Shown here in pieces: positions 42,740-55,771 of a DNA stretch of 56,613 nucleotides. Every line of letters starts with the position of its first letter. Positions within the stretch are counted from its first letter, which is position 1. This DNA comes from a bacterium (GTDB lineage: Bacteria; SAR324; NAC60-12): the NCBI GenBank assembly GCA_965233585.1, contig CBDDTI010000523.1, positions 1-56,613 of the forward strand, read 5' to 3'. The translations under genes and the position numbers were made by a program. The notes beneath the pieces were generated by a model. It did not search any database. It had not been told where the DNA came from and worked only from the letters and a program-made list of their open reading frames with translations.

Positions 42740-43190
42740 TAAACATTAAAGATATGTTCATCAAAATAACCTACAAAAACTGGAAATAAGAAAGCTAACG
42801 TCAACAGAACTCTTAACATGTCAATTGGCCACTTTTTTCCAAATGTCAAAGCTAACGTAATCATTGAAAACTATTAATGTTTAGCAAACATTAAAGCTAA
42901 CGTCATCAAAGTAACCTACAAAAACTGGAATTAAGAAAGCTAATGTAAAAAGAACTTTCAAGAAGTCAATTAGCTACTTTTTTCAAATGTTGAAGCTAAC
43001 ATCAACAGAACTATTAAGAAGTCGATTGGCTACTTTTTTTCAAATGTCAAAGCTAACGTAATCATTGGCAATATTTTTGCAAATATCAATGCTAACGCAA
43101 TCACTGATAACTAACATGTTTATGGTACATCATATAACATTATATAACATCAATGTTTGGTAAACATCAATGCTAACATCATCAAGATAA
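42740..43190. repeat. Degenerate AT-rich tandem repeats (GCTAACGT/GCTAACAT core)
   Basis: AACCTACAAAAACTGGAA..AAGAAAGCTAA at about 42768 and 42913; repeated CAAATGTCAAAGCTAACGTAATCATTG. Confidence 0.7.
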
Positions 43191-43547
43191 TGGCACTACA
43201 CCACTTGTTACTGCGACAACCCACGTTACCTGTCTCGTAACTTGTAGTGTAATATTACATTATCTTGCTGTTTGCAAAATTTTGAAAAAAGATTGGTAAG
43301 ATAATGGCATTACACCACTTGTGTACTGTGGCGGAATGTTTCATTACAGTGATTGTTACCATGCAGCTGCACTGAACCCTATGTACAATGTAATAATTTA
43401 CTATGTAACTATGTAACTAATAATTTATTTCATAAATCCATCACCACAATGTCTCTGAAATATTGCAAACAATACTTCCAGGTCAGCAATGTCACTTTTC
43501 ATGTCACCTTTTTGAAACACAGCAATTCTTACAAATATAGTCAAAAT

Positions 43548-43750
43548 TTAATTATTAAACTTGTCCTCTTTTCTATTTGTACCACATGACTTAGAAGATC
43601 TTAAATGTCGGTTCAAGTTTTTAACTTCTGAGAATGTTTTCTTACAATAACTGCACACAGGATCATTGTTCAATTGCTGCTCTTCTACTTGGAGAACCTT
43701 AGAATGTCTACTTAATCCACTTTTTGACTTGAAGTTGAATCCTCTTTGGA
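43548..43750 (-). pseudogene. C2H2 zinc-finger fragment
   Basis: FKSKSGLSRH and CSYCKKTFSEVKNLNRHLRSSKSC; no clean start. Confidence 0.45.
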
Positions 43751-44255
43751 TTACTGCAGAAAGGTTGCAGATGACATGCATCATCATACAAAACATGGGT
43801 ATGTTGCATCGCGGGACTGACTTTGAAGTCTTGAAGTTTGAAGTTTGAAGTTTGACTTTGAAGACTGACTTTGAAGTCAAATCTCAGGCCTTATATAGGG
43901 AAAATTATCTACCCCAAAAGACCGGAGAAAGTTAATGACTTCGGTTTCAAGTCATACGAGTTGATTTACCCTGTTTCTTTTGCAAACAACGGATTTCATT
44001 GCACATGCATTCATGTCTAAGTAGGTCATAAATTTCTCAGGCAGTGGGTTAGGAGAACCTGACAGAGGGAAACAGCAGATGTTCCTTGCATCTGTCAGAA
44101 AGTTCAATCACCTCACAACCTGACATACATATATCCACCCCAACATGAACGCAACGTCCCAATTTTTCCGTCATATTGCATGTACGAGTCAGGGTGACTT
44201 TTGCACTTGCACGGTTATCGCAATACTTTATCCCCCTCTATTGTTACATTGACAG

Positions 44256-45590
44256 TTACTCGCAGCAGGCTTCGAGAGGAAAAATTTCATGGATACCCCT
44301 TCTCAATAAATCACGGCTGGTTTTTGTGCGAACAAAAACTGTGCGCACGAGACCATCTTTTCCGCGCATGATTTTATTGACTCGGGCTACGGGCCATTGA
44401 AATTGCTTTTTATTCTCGGTTTCGAGCAAAACCAAATCTCCAACCTTCAGATTGGGCTCTTTGGTACGCCAACGTTGGCATTCTTGCAACTGGGGCAAGT
44501 ATTGCTCCAACCAAAGCTCGCGGAATTTCATAACTAATTCCTTACAAGCCTCCCATCGAAGCCGAACCGAGGATTCCTGTCTCAAGTCCGTTTTGGCGAA
44601 GAAATCAGGCCAAAGCTTGATCCTCCTCCCCAGGCAGAGCATAGAGGGCGTAATGACCTCAAAAGTGTCCTCTGACGCTTGGATAAGAGGGCGATCATTA
44701 ACTTGGGCCTCGATTTCCTTAACCACTGTGAGGAGTTCAACGTAGGTCAGCAAAGAGTCCCCCAGGACCTTCCTGAGTGGGACCTTTATTGCCTTAACCA
44801 TACGCTCCCACACCCCTCCCCCTGCAGAATGATACTCCACAGAATAATGCCAATGAAAACGGAGCTGTTCGGAGAAATCTTTTATGATTTCATTATTTTT
44901 GTTGATTGTCTCGGCAATCTCCTTATCAGCTCTTTGAAAGTACTTGGCGTTATCACTGTACATATGCTGTGGGTGCCCTCGGGCACTGATCATCCGCTTG
45001 AGGGCCATCAAAAATCCTTCCGCTTCATCGGAAAGGACCATTTCCAAATGGACTGCCCTGGTGACAAAACAAGTGAATACCACCAGGTAACAGGGGTATG
45101 GGGTTGAACCCCGATACGTGGATTTAATATGGAACTTCGCCGTATAGTCCACACCTACCCTTGAAAAGGGCGGCTCAAAGTTGACACGATTGGCAGGCAG
45201 AGGGGCCATCATTTGTTGGCCTCTCCTTGCATTTGCCTTTTGGCATTCGAAACATTTCCTGAGGACCGATCGTATCAGCTGCCTACTCAAAAGAATCCAG
45301 AATTGTTGGCGAATGTGAAAATGGAGCCAATCGACTGGGGCATGTTTGTTCTCATCATGTACCTTTTTAATCAACGACAAAGTAAACGTGTGATTCTTTG
45401 GTAAAATGATGGGATACCTTTGCTCAGGTGAAATCTTAGATTCCACCACCCTGCCATGGACTCTCATAATTTCATCATCATCCAATTGTGGATTAAGAGG
45501 TAGAAGCCTAGATCCCCTTGGGATAGGTTCCCCCTTTTTAAGGCAGCAAGCTCCGAAGGAAATTCCTTTTCCTGCGATTGCTTGATCCAA
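44256..45590 (-). CDS. BEL/Pao integrase domain (fragment of the frameshifted pol)
   Basis: HHCC region H...H...CFEC; VGVDY, YSDNAKYF and GGVWERMVK; C-terminal WPVARV...GKDGLVR. Confidence 0.85.
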   Translation of the reverse strand: MDQAIAGKGISFGACCLKKGEPIPRGSRLLPLNPQLDDDEIMRVHGRVVESKISPEQRYPIILPKNHTFTLSLIKKVHDENKHAPVDWLHFHIRQQFWILLSRQLIRSVLRKCFECQKANARRGQQMMAPLPANRVNFEPPFSRVGVDYTAKFHIKSTYRGSTPYPCYLVVFTCFVTRAVHLEMVLSDEAEGFLMALKRMISARGHPQHMYSDNAKYFQRADKEIAETINKNNEIIKDFSEQLRFHWHYSVEYHSAGGGVWERMVKAIKVPLRKVLGDSLLTYVELLTVVKEIEAQVNDRPLIQASEDTFEVITPSMLCLGRRIKLWPDFFAKTDLRQESSVRLRWEACKELVMKFRELWLEQYLPQLQECQRWRTKEPNLKVGDLVLLETENKKQFQWPVARVNKIMRGKDGLVRTVFVRTKTSRDLLRRGIHEIFPLEACCE

Positions 45591-48500
45591 TACTTTCGAG
45601 CAAAATGGACATGACTGCTAGCTAGCAACTTGTCATAATGACCTCGGACTCGACCCTTGGTCTTGTCCCACCAAAACACAGCCACACTTTTCAGAATGGC
45701 AATGCGGCGAAGAAGTTCATCATGGTTGCCGTAACAATCCTCCAAATTGACAACTCTACGATTCGCCCCCCTCCCAATTCGTTTGACAAAGAAGGACCAG
45801 TTATAGACGTGCTGTTTTTTAACCTCCTGCAATTTATCAACTTTAGAAAAGTCGATTTTGGGAGGCGTCCATTCACTGTTGGGGATCGATAAAAATTTGG
45901 GTCCCTTTTTCCACAGAGTACGGGAGAGTTCATCCGGCGTGCAGCCACGGCTTGCAACATCTGCCGGGTTTGCCAATGTGCTAACGTAATTGAACTTGTA
46001 CCCAAGATCAATAATTTTTTGTACCCGATTCGAAACAAACGGCAATAATGCAGATGGGGGCTTTGTGAGCCACCACAACGCTGTTTCAGAATCAGAGTAG
46101 CAGAAAATTTTACCCTTAGCGACCCCAAGCTCTTTGTGAAGCATGTCTGCCGTTTGCGTGCAAAGCAACGACGCGACAAGCTCCAGTCTGGGTACCGTAA
46201 TGTCTCGCTTAGGGTTAATACGCGACTTGGCAAAAAGGAGATGCGTCTCAAATTTTCCGTTATCGCCAACAGGGGTGCGTGCATAAGCAGCAACCCTGTG
46301 ACCCATATTTGCAGCTGCATCTCCAAACATATGAAGCTCTGTATCTGCGGTAAAGGGCACGTGACGGGGAAACGTGACATTTTCCAAATCTGGAAGATGG
46401 GAAAGCCAACGTTGCCACGACTCGAGCATTTCACCCATTAATTTATCTTTCCACCCCAAATTCTCCTCAAAAGTTTGTTTGAGAATCTTCCGCGCCAAAA
46501 GAATAAAGGGAGAAATCAGACCTAACGGATCGAAAGGTCTGGCCAGCAAACTTGCAACTGCCGTTTTGGTGTCATCATTGAATTTCCCGATGGTAGAGTA
46601 CCGCTTGAAAATGAACAAATCGGTCCCCGGATCCCATTGGATACCCAAAGAGGACGTTTCGTTCGCTCTCCAGCAACGAGTCATCCTCATTTTCAGTGGC
46701 AGGTGCGCGTTCTTCCTCAGGGATTCTTTTCAGAAGCTCTGAGGAATTTGTCGCCCATTTGTGGATCTTAAAATGGGCTGTCCCTAATAATTTTGTTAAG
46801 CCCTTGTACATAGCAAAGGCTTCAGAATGAGTGAACTCGTCGGAAAGGACGACCGAATCGCCCCCAGTGGTGACATCATCGACGTAAGTGTCCCGAAGGA
46901 TGGTCTCACAGACTTTTTCCTCGAGGGATGAGAGGTTTCCTCGTCGTCTCCTATCGGCCACGAGTCTTTGGAAACATGAGATAGCCTGAAACGGCAGAGT
47001 CCGTTGCCCCAAATATCAGTGTCCGGAACTGATAAACCTGCGGGACAGCGTGAACGTCATCCGGATCATGCCAGAGAAAGCGGAGAAACGGGCGGTCATC
47101 GGGGTGCACTTGCACTTGTAAAAACATCTTTTTGCAATCCCCGATTAAAGCTACCTTCTGCCGCCGGAAGCGCAGCTCCACTGCAGCAATTTGTTGTTGC
47201 AATGGGGGCCCGGGCAATAAACAATCATTTAAAGATTTGCCCATGGCCGTTTTTGCCGAGGCGTCCATCACCACCCGGCATTTTGTCGAGACCCGACCCG
47301 GGTCATAAACCGCCCGATGTGGGAGGAAATACAAATCGACCCTAGATGAAATCATCATCTGTGCGAGGGTTTCCGACGTGACTAATTCAACCGTCGATTG
47401 GTCGATAAATTCCTGAATAACCGATTTGTAAGCGGCCTTTACATTTGGATCCTTGCGTAGACGCCTCATAAGGCCGTCTAACCTCGCTTTCGCTGCCGCA
47501 TAATTATTTACTAAATCGGGCTTTCCTCTCCACAACAACCGAGTTTGGAAACGTCCGGTTTCCTCATTAAATTTAAGATTTTTCTCCATACTTTCTACAG
47601 CTGCTATCTCATCCATCGTTAACTTCGATTCCGAATCATCCCTAGGGAAAGAGTCCAATTGCCATAATTTCTCAACCCGCTTGTTCAATTCTTCAACGGT
47701 CGTGGCCCGCGCCATAACCGTTTCCCCCACTTCTGAGGTCGACCCACATAAAACTTTACTGTATATGGTGTCGAGAAGAACAAGTGAATCAGACACGTGC
47801 GCAAAAATTCCCCTAACGATTTTCCAAAACACCGGCATACCCAAAAGGAGGTCGATTTTGCCTCCCTGTTTGGACAGCGGCTTGTTAAGGGGAATATTTT
47901 CCAACGCCCGCTGCGTTGGATTATCTAGATCGACGCCTGGTCGATTTCCATAATACGCGGCACCTCGAAACATTCAAACGGCAACCCCCCTCCTTTGTTC
48001 TTAATTCTACGCGCAATTTTCTACTTGGCTCCCGACTTTCCCCCTGTAGTGTGCCTACAGTAAGGGGAACATTTGATTCAACTATAACGGACTGGAATAC
48101 TTAATGAAGCGCTTACCGTTATAAATGATGCTGTAGAGCCGGTGTCAAGCAAGGCACGCAGGTGCAGGTCCCTTTTCTCCGTTTTAATGGGGACAACTAT
48201 TGTTGGTAATACTTGATAGGGGGACTGGTCTCTTTTCCAGGGCCATTCGGGGAACACTTATCAATTTTAACACTATTTGACTATATACAAAGTCGGATAT
48301 TGGCACTTGATGAGGGAAATTAGAAATGTCAAGATTTGTTTCTACACTACAGGCTGTGGTGGGTCCCCCCACCCCCTCTAATGGATCTGATGAGGACCCA
48401 CCAACCTCTCAGAGGTTTCCTCTTAGCCTGGTTGCTATGTCCATGGAGAAGTTTGTGGTGTCTTCCACTGCACCCCTCCATCTGTGCAACCCGGATGAGG

Positions 48501-51500
48501 ACAGGAGGAGGCATAATGCCCCATCCTGAGACAGTTGAGGCACAAAAGAGCCTCAACAGCCTTCAGATACACAGTATCTGGTTTCATCTGCTGTGGGCAG
48601 CTTCGCGCCGGGTGCTGATGCTGTCCACAGAAAAGGCAGGGCAGAAGGTCATAGCCATTCCCCTGCCTTGGCAAGGGATTCTGTCCACCTTGGAAATTCG
48701 ATGAGGGATTCTGTCCTGATCCCTCATTAAATTCGAAGTCGAAGGCCAGGGTCCAGCGGAGGGGGTTCCATACCTCTGTTCTTGTGGCGGTTTTCCCCTT
48801 CGACGATTTTACGGAGCTCCGCGTCCTCTTGCAGCGCCGCGTCCTGCATTTGCAGTAAGCTAAAGGTACCCAACCTCGTGCGACTCGAGGGCCCAACGAA
48901 CTTGTCAGCGCGCACTACATTTTTTTCGGGGGTTTTTGTGATGGTCTTACCCATTCTACGTCGCAATTGTCTGCTGGCTCCCAACTTTCCCCCCTGTAGT
49001 GTGCGTACAGAAGGGGCACGAGTTTGATTCCTTACTGTTATGCCGATCTGGTTTTTGTTCTGTAGAATTCCGGTGCAATCCCAGACGCAGGTGCAGGTCC
49101 CCTTTCTCCGTTTTAATGGTTGGACAACTATGGTTGGGAATAGCGTTGTAGACTGGTCTCTTTTCCAGGGCCATTTGGGGCCATCTATAGCCAGAACCTT
49201 ATCCCGATATACAAAGTCGGATATTGGCACTTGATGAGGGGAAATTAGTAAAGTCAAGATTTTTTCTATTGTACTTACAGGCTGTGGTGGGTCCCCCCAC
49301 CCCCTCTAATGGATCCGATGAGGACCCACCAACCTTCAGACAGTTCCTCTCAGCCAACTATGTCCATGAAGAAGCTTGTGGTGTCTTCCACTGCACCCCT
49401 TAACTGTGCAACCCGGATGAGGACAGGAGGAGGCATAATGCTCCCATCCTGAGTACACTGAGGCACAAAAGAGCCTCAACAGCCTTCAGGCCAGTATCTG
49501 TTTCATTTGCTTTGGGCAGAAATTGCGCAAAGGTGCTGATGCTGTCCACAGAAAAGCCAAGGCAGAATCATAGCCATGTCCCCAGTCTTGGCAAGGGGTT
49601 CTAGAACCCCAATTCGATGAGCATTATGTCCTGATAAAACTAACCTAATAGTTGGAAGTCGAAGGAGGTCCACGGTAAAAAAGGGGGTTCCATAGCTCCG
49701 TTCTTTGGAGGTTTTCCCCTTCCACGATTCCATCGGAGCTCCGCGTCCAAACTTGCAGTGCCGCGTGCTGACCGCAGGCCCCTCCCCCTACCTTGTGCAC
49801 TTGGTAACAGGAACATGTAGGCTTAGCACAGACTTCAGTCGTTGTATAGAGAGATCAAAACCACTGCGTCGCAATCCGTTGGTTTGGGTTTTTCCGACGT
49901 CGCTCCCTTCGAAGCACCCGAGTTGGATCCTCCTTTCAACGTCTGGTTTTTGTTCCTCCATATAAAAAAAGCAACCTCGAAGGTGGTGGCAAAATCAAAA
50001 AGTGACTGTACTTTTACACTACAGAACTTTAGTCCCGGTCTGACCTCTTCCCCTTCAGGAGCTCCTCCTGAGCCCACTCTCTACGGTAATCCCCCATCAT
50101 TTGGGGATAGAATTTGCCATACAAATCATTGACCACGTTTCTTGGGTTGAAGGCCGCACCATTTTCGAAATGCATAAGTTGCATCATGTAATTGGTGGCA
50201 AAACCCATGAAATCCACCAACTGTTTGTAATCGTTCCTCTTTAGGATCGGCCATGACCTTAGTCGATCCGTCAAGAGGCGAAGGGCAGCATCCGCATCAT
50301 CAAAAGCATCCTTCACATTGTCCTTCAGCGTTTCATAGCTGGTAGGACTGAAGGTGACTTGGTGAGTGAGGTACTCTGCGTTCCCCTTCAACGATTTTAG
50401 GAGCAGGTGCAGTTTCATGATCTGGGGGATTTTTGGATCTGGGGGATTTTTGGATTCTTATCCACCAGATAAATGAACATCTGCCACTATTTGGCAAACT
50501 CCAAAGAGTTCCCGTAGAATGGGGGAAGTTGGACATTTGGAAGGGCGCTGTATTGAGCAACGGCTTTTTCATCACCGTAAGCCGCTGGTGACGCTTCATC
50601 TGTTCGAAGGTTGAACCTCCCGGCTAAAGCGTCCAATTGATCTCCCGTTTTCTTTTTTGGGTTCGTCAGCTGGGAGATCATCTTCAATTTGTTGTCGGCT
50701 GACAAACCCGAAAGCGAGAGAATCTTCTTTACGTTCTCGCTTTGCAACCGCTCCTTCTTGTCTTGACCTACGGCAAGTGCGGCCTCCCGCTCTTGTCGCG
50801 CTCGGAGGAGCTCCTGCGCTCCATCCAGACGGCCTGTCGGGTTCCCAAGAGTAAGGGCTTGCACCCTTTCCTCAAGGGGTTCCGTACCCTCTTCTGCCGG
50901 AGTATGGAAAGCTCCGTTGCCAGACGATTCCGAAGGGTCTCCTCTGACCATTCCGGAAGCTCTCGACGTGATCAGATAGTCCACGTAGAGCACCGGGCAA
51001 CTGGCCTGTTGGTCTCTCAACTCCAAGAGGAACATGTCCATCACAGGAATTACATTCTCCTGGACAAACCGCTTCCTTTCTTGGAGTTCGTCTTGTAACG
51101 GTTGACCCGACAGATAACGCAGGACCAACGTAAGATCCAGCATTTCCATCCACATCTGGATGGCCACCGTCTTGAAATGGAGGAAAACATCCTCCCATCC
51201 GAGCACCCCGATTTGTAGGTTGTTCTGAGCCATCCTCAGCAACTCCAACCGGGTGCACAGTTGACCCCGCCTCGCTGTCAACATCCCTTTAAGGTCCTCC
51301 AACGGGAGGTCCTTAATATATTGATCTATTACCAACGGATCCACTAACTTATTGGCGTACTCTTCGAGCTCATCCATAAGGTAGTGCAAAATGGAAACCA
51401 CGGAAGTGTCCAGGGGGAAGTATTTGGAGAAATTGAACGTCTCCAAAATTTTACATAAAAGGCGTGCTTGATCTTCCCGTTGAAGATCTCCTTGCACGGG

Positions 51501-51624
51501 GACGGTGTTCAACAAAGCATCTGCTAAAGTTTTCCCTACCGTCCTCAATTTTTCCTCTTCCCGGGCATCTTCCTTAGGCCACAAAGCCTTCCTAGCATCA
51601 AAGGCCTTGGTCTTCGTTTCCTCA
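44256..51624 (-). mobile_element. Degraded BEL/Pao LTR retrotransposon (gag-PR-RT-RH-IN)
   Basis: Gag LPNVQLPPFYGN and CLNCLRMGHYASSC; protease RALLDTGS; RT YFLPHRAV, DCKKMFLQV and YVDD; RNase H HMFGDA, AKSR and PRLEL; frameshifts throughout. Confidence 0.92.
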
Positions 51625-52331
51625 TCAGGTGTGCTTCCGCAAGTGGACCGCTGGGAGTGTACTGTTGGCGCTGAACAGGGGCATCGGAAACATGTAAGGT
51701 GCAGACTCCTGGGGAGGGTCGAGGAGGTGGTAGTCGGGACGGACAACTAGGTTGGCAGGGGTGGCCACATTGGAACGTCTTTCCCGCAGACTTGCAAGAT
51801 GCCCTTCTAGTGGATCTGGTCGATGCCCATTTGGTCGAGGAAGTGACCGCAGATGTTGACTGGGTGTACTAGTCCCTGGAGCACTAGGGTGCGGATGCGA
51901 AACTTGGCCGGATGTTGCCGGTTGGAGGTTGATTCTGGGTGCCTCACTCAACACTTTCATCCTCTTACCTGCAGCGGCAGTTCCTACCAAGAGCTGAGGT
52001 GCCGGTTCCAGCTGGGAGATGGTGATGCCCAACGCGGTCATTTTCTGAGGCGAGATGACATTGGTGAAGGTGTTGCGGCTGTTGATGAAGTCCGCGGTGG
52101 TCAGGTTCCCCAATCTGACAGGAACGTAGGCGCTGTAATCCTGTGCCTAGATGGGTTGGAGATTGATCTCCGCGACTTGGGTCCGTTTGGTAGTCATAGC
52201 TACAACATAGGACAAGGTATGAGAGGACGGCCTTGGAAACAGATAAGACAAGATGTGACGGTTTAATATTATTGAATTTTCAGGTGGTCGGGTCAGGTGC
52301 GAAAAGGGGCAGTAGGGTCGGACCCTCTTGT

Positions 52332-53519
52332 CTACTGCCCTTCTGGAAAATCCAATTCATCTTCCAAAAGGTCCGGGGCTTGAAGCTCTTCATAAAGAGT
52401 GGCTACAGTCACCTCGTCTAGGGTGGCGAGATCGACATCCGCGAGAAGATCTTGGCTCTCAGGGGGTCCACCGGATCCGCGTCATCCACGATTGCAGCAA
52501 TCCTCCTCTTCTCATAACTCTCAGCGACAACCGGCAGTGTCTGGGTAGCCTCCACGAACTTTACCTATTTCTTGCAGGCGGCCGTGGAAGCGGTTTGGCT
52601 GGTCCTTCCACCGGCGGCAGCCTGCGGACGGTTGGTTCGTCGGCTCCCCTTATCTGCTCATTGTTTCAGGAAGTCCTTGAGCATGGTGGGGCATCACTCC
52701 TTGAAGTGGCCCTCCTCATCGCAGTAGTAGCACTTGGGACGGGAGGTGGGACTCTTCCCCGCGTCCGTACGTCAACCTTTCAGGGCTGCAATGAAACTGG
52801 TGTCACCCGGCACCGGGGCCTTAAGTCCGCCCCGGGCATGAGTCGCCAGGTCCACCAGGATGAAGGACGTCTCCTTGTTGGTGATATGTAACACCTTGGC
52901 ATATGTAGGAGGCTTTCTCCGGCAGACATAATTCTGGACTACCCAGTTGTTCAGGGCTGAGATGAATCTCTCGATGAGGAATACCTTATTTTGCATGTTT
53001 GCATCGGGGTACACCAGGTGATACAACACCCTCATGTGGGCATGTAGCTTTTGTATGGACTCATTCGGCAGTTGGACCACACATGCGAATTGGGCCCTCA
53101 GTCAGCCTCAGAGGGAGTCACTCTCCAGTAGGAATCGGTTCTGGTACTCGACAAGCACTTGTCCAACGGTGTCTGGTCCCATAAGATGGATGTCCATGAC
53201 AGGCTCCAAGGCTGTACCTTTCATGTAGGCGTAGACGAGTTGTTTGGCCTCTTCATCGGTCCATTGATGATAGTCGGTGATCACCTGGAATTGTGACCGC
53301 CCAGCCAAGAAATTTTTGCCAGGCAGATTGGCGAAATATTGAATCTTGGTGTTGTGAGGCTTAGAAGGAGGACGGTGGTAATGGGACATGTTCGTCCAAC
53401 GAGAGGTTCTGTAGACTCTCTTGGGTCTGCAGGGCTGCGAGGTCGGCCTTTAAATAATGAATCTCAGCAACCAGAGATTCCATGGTTACATCAGTGGACA
53501 GATTGTTCTTGGTGGGCAT
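52332..53519 (-). pseudogene. gag: Gag with frameshifts and stops
   Basis: MPTKNNLSTDVTMESL; YFANLPGKNFLAGRSQFQVI; QLPNESIQKLHAHMRVLYHLVYP; CCHC knuckle. Confidence 0.8.
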
Positions 53520-54615
53520 GATATTGGAAGGTGAACAAACTGTAAATGTGAAGATGAGTGTGAAAATGTACACGATGATGAAGAACCTACTTACCACGTA
53601 ATAATGGAGAGACCCCATTATTCCCTATTGGAATTTCAGTTTGAAATGCAGTGATGGCTTCACTGCTGAACCAAAAGACCAAGACTTACCGTTGTAGGGT
53701 TCTAAGTAATAAAGGCTCGATGGTGTGAATAAACAGAATCAGCAAATGAGACAAGTGGAGGGATGAGTGAATGTACAAGTCGAAGACAATGGGAAGGCTG
53801 AAGATAAGTTTGGGGTACTAGTTGTCGGAGCAGACGTCGAAAATGAAGTGATTGAAGTATCAGGGTTGTCGCTTCAAAGTAATGGGGATGTTTACCCAAT
53901 TGGTGTTTTGTTGTGATAAAGGAGAGGGGGAAGGCTTCGCATTCCCCAATCTTGTTTTCTCATTTATCACCAGTTTCCTCCGGATTGATTGCACATTCTC
54001 CAAGCGCCTAATGGTAATTTTATTACTTCTCTCCCTTTTATGTGACTGCTTTTCTGCATGGAATTGGTCATTAGCTCATGAATTCAAAACAACTCGCCCT
54101 TCTTAACCACAATTTTACGATCTGCTCATGAATTCAAAACAACTCGCACTTCTTAACGACAATTTTACGACATTTCTCCCCCTGCTGTTTGTTTTTTTGC
54201 CAGGGGAACGGGTCATTACCCCATGATCTCACAATGACCATTATTCCTCCCCTCGTTCATGATCTGATCACTCATCATAACTTAGGGGGACAAGAAGTTT
54301 TCCCCTTTTCCTATCAAATTTATACGCTCCTGCCGCATGGGAAACTTACGGTTACACTTCATTAGTTTCCCTCCCCTTGCCTTTAGAATTGTAAGGGGAC
54401 TGAGCGTCTCTTACCTGCGCCTCAGAGGACATCTCGTCCTAGTGTTCCCAACTTCTTTCCACTACTTACTCGGGGTGGTGGTTCTCTATTTCGAAGGTCG
54501 CCCTGGCCTCACAGGATTCGGACATCCTGGTGCGATGATGTATGAATGGTCTTTAACCCAAAAAGATGATGGCCTTCGGCCCAAGCGGAATGATTATGGG
54601 GGGTGATGGTCTTGG

Positions 54616-54866
54616 CACCTGCACATCTGGTGTTCGAAATTTTCGGTCAAGTACAAATATTTCAGTAAAGTATGAATTTTTTGATAAAGTATGAAAATCA
54701 TAAAGTATGAATATTTCGGTTAAGTACGAAATTTTCGTACTTTACCAAAAAATTCATACTTTATGATTTTCATACTTTACCAAAAAATTCGTACTTTACT
54801 GAAATATTCATACTTTACCGAAAATTTCGTACTTCACCAAAAATTCGTACACCAGATGAACAGGTG
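54616..54866. mobile_element. Palindromic MITE with CAC...GTG ends and a 5-bp TSD (Transib-like)
   Basis: CACCTGCACATCTGGTG ... CACCAGATGAACAGGTG; TSD CTTGG at 54611-54615 and 54867-54871; internal inverted ~19-bp AAGTA(T/C)GAA repeats. Confidence 0.85.
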
Positions 54867-55101
54867 CTTGGACCAAAATGATTTACTTTGAGGTTGACAT
54901 TCCTGAAATCACTAAGAGTCCATTCCTCTGCTTCCTCTGAGGCCATGGAGGGCTACTAGTACCGGTTTTTTAATAAGAATAAAAGTGATACTTCTCTTTA
55001 TTTTTTCCTTTCCAGCTTTTGGTTAGCAGTGGCAGTGCAGTGGCGTCTCCGGTGATGGGGTACTCCCTGCGCTCCGCCCCCACAAAAGGGACCCAACAAA
55101 C

Positions 55102-55140
55102 ATCAGAAGGTTGCGTGTTCGAATCACGTCGGGGTCACCA
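55102..55140 (+). pseudogene. 3' half of mature tRNA-Trp including CCA (reverse-transcribed primer copy)
   Basis: ATCAGAAGGTTGCGTGTTCGAATCACGTCGGGGTCACCA corresponds to positions 38-76 of eukaryotic tRNA-Trp; the 5' half is absent. Confidence 0.85.
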
Positions 55141-55245
55141 CTATTGAGGCTTGGCCTCAAACGAATATATTCTCTGGAAATTCACGATGTGGATTGAAGA
55201 GAATCCAAGACATTAATAATTAAAAGGAACAGCGCTGCCACCAGA

Positions 55246-55515
55246 TGAACCGGGCCGGCCTTGCCGGACGGTTACCTGGTGAGGTCGATCGAGATCAGCG
55301 AGAGTTTCTGAACAAGTCGTATCCTCTAAAATGATAGACGCTGTGAGAAAGAAAGAAAAACTTGGTCTGCTCTATTCTACGTCTCTAGCTCGACTGACTT
55401 TATACAGGATGAAATACACACACACAAAAAAATAAAAAGAGAGAAATGAATGTACAGTAGTGTAAGGTTGGAATTCCAAAGCATGAATAATGAATTGTCT
55501 TGGGCTTTCGGTTCA
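55246..55515 (-). repeat. 5' LTR (short variant) of the env family
   Basis: Minus strand starts TGAACCGAAAGCCCAAGA, ends CCGGCCCGGTTCA, then the PBS follows. Confidence 0.88.
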
Positions 55516-55771
55516 ACATATATATTTCAACAGGCCACTTTCAGGAAATGTTTGACCGTCAAGTTGGGTCTGGCAATTGTCCAGTGATGGAAAAGAAAGA
55601 CATCTGTAGATCAGAAAGGACTATTAAAACATCATAACCTGAGGTATCATCATCTTTTTTGTTAATATCCCGCTATATCAACATGAAAAGATTTATTCTT
55701 TTTGCATTTGTGTCTGCCCTAGGTAAGTCAAGTCAGAAAGTTTTTAAGCCATAGAAAAAAGAATCAACAAT

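Larger units (their letters stand above)
51625..55515 (-). mobile_element. 5' half of an env-family Gypsy-type element (LTR, PBS, leader, disrupted gag and protease)
   Basis: LTR 55246-55515 and PBS 55233-55243. Gag from ATG 53519 has a CYYCDEEGH knuckle and ends DFQKGQ* with a pseudoknot; protease remnant at about 52050-52140. Confidence 0.88.

Noticed and set aside
54074..54170. 50-bp tandem duplication (similarly a ~99-bp duplication at 5065-5240)
   Set aside because: Ordinary local duplications in retroelement leaders with no further signal.
9464..55515. One giant element bounded by LTRs 9464-9706 and 55246-55515
   Set aside because: The LTRs diverge markedly in sequence and length (243 versus 270 bp), and the flanks (GATAG / ACATA) give no TSD; more likely separate family copies.
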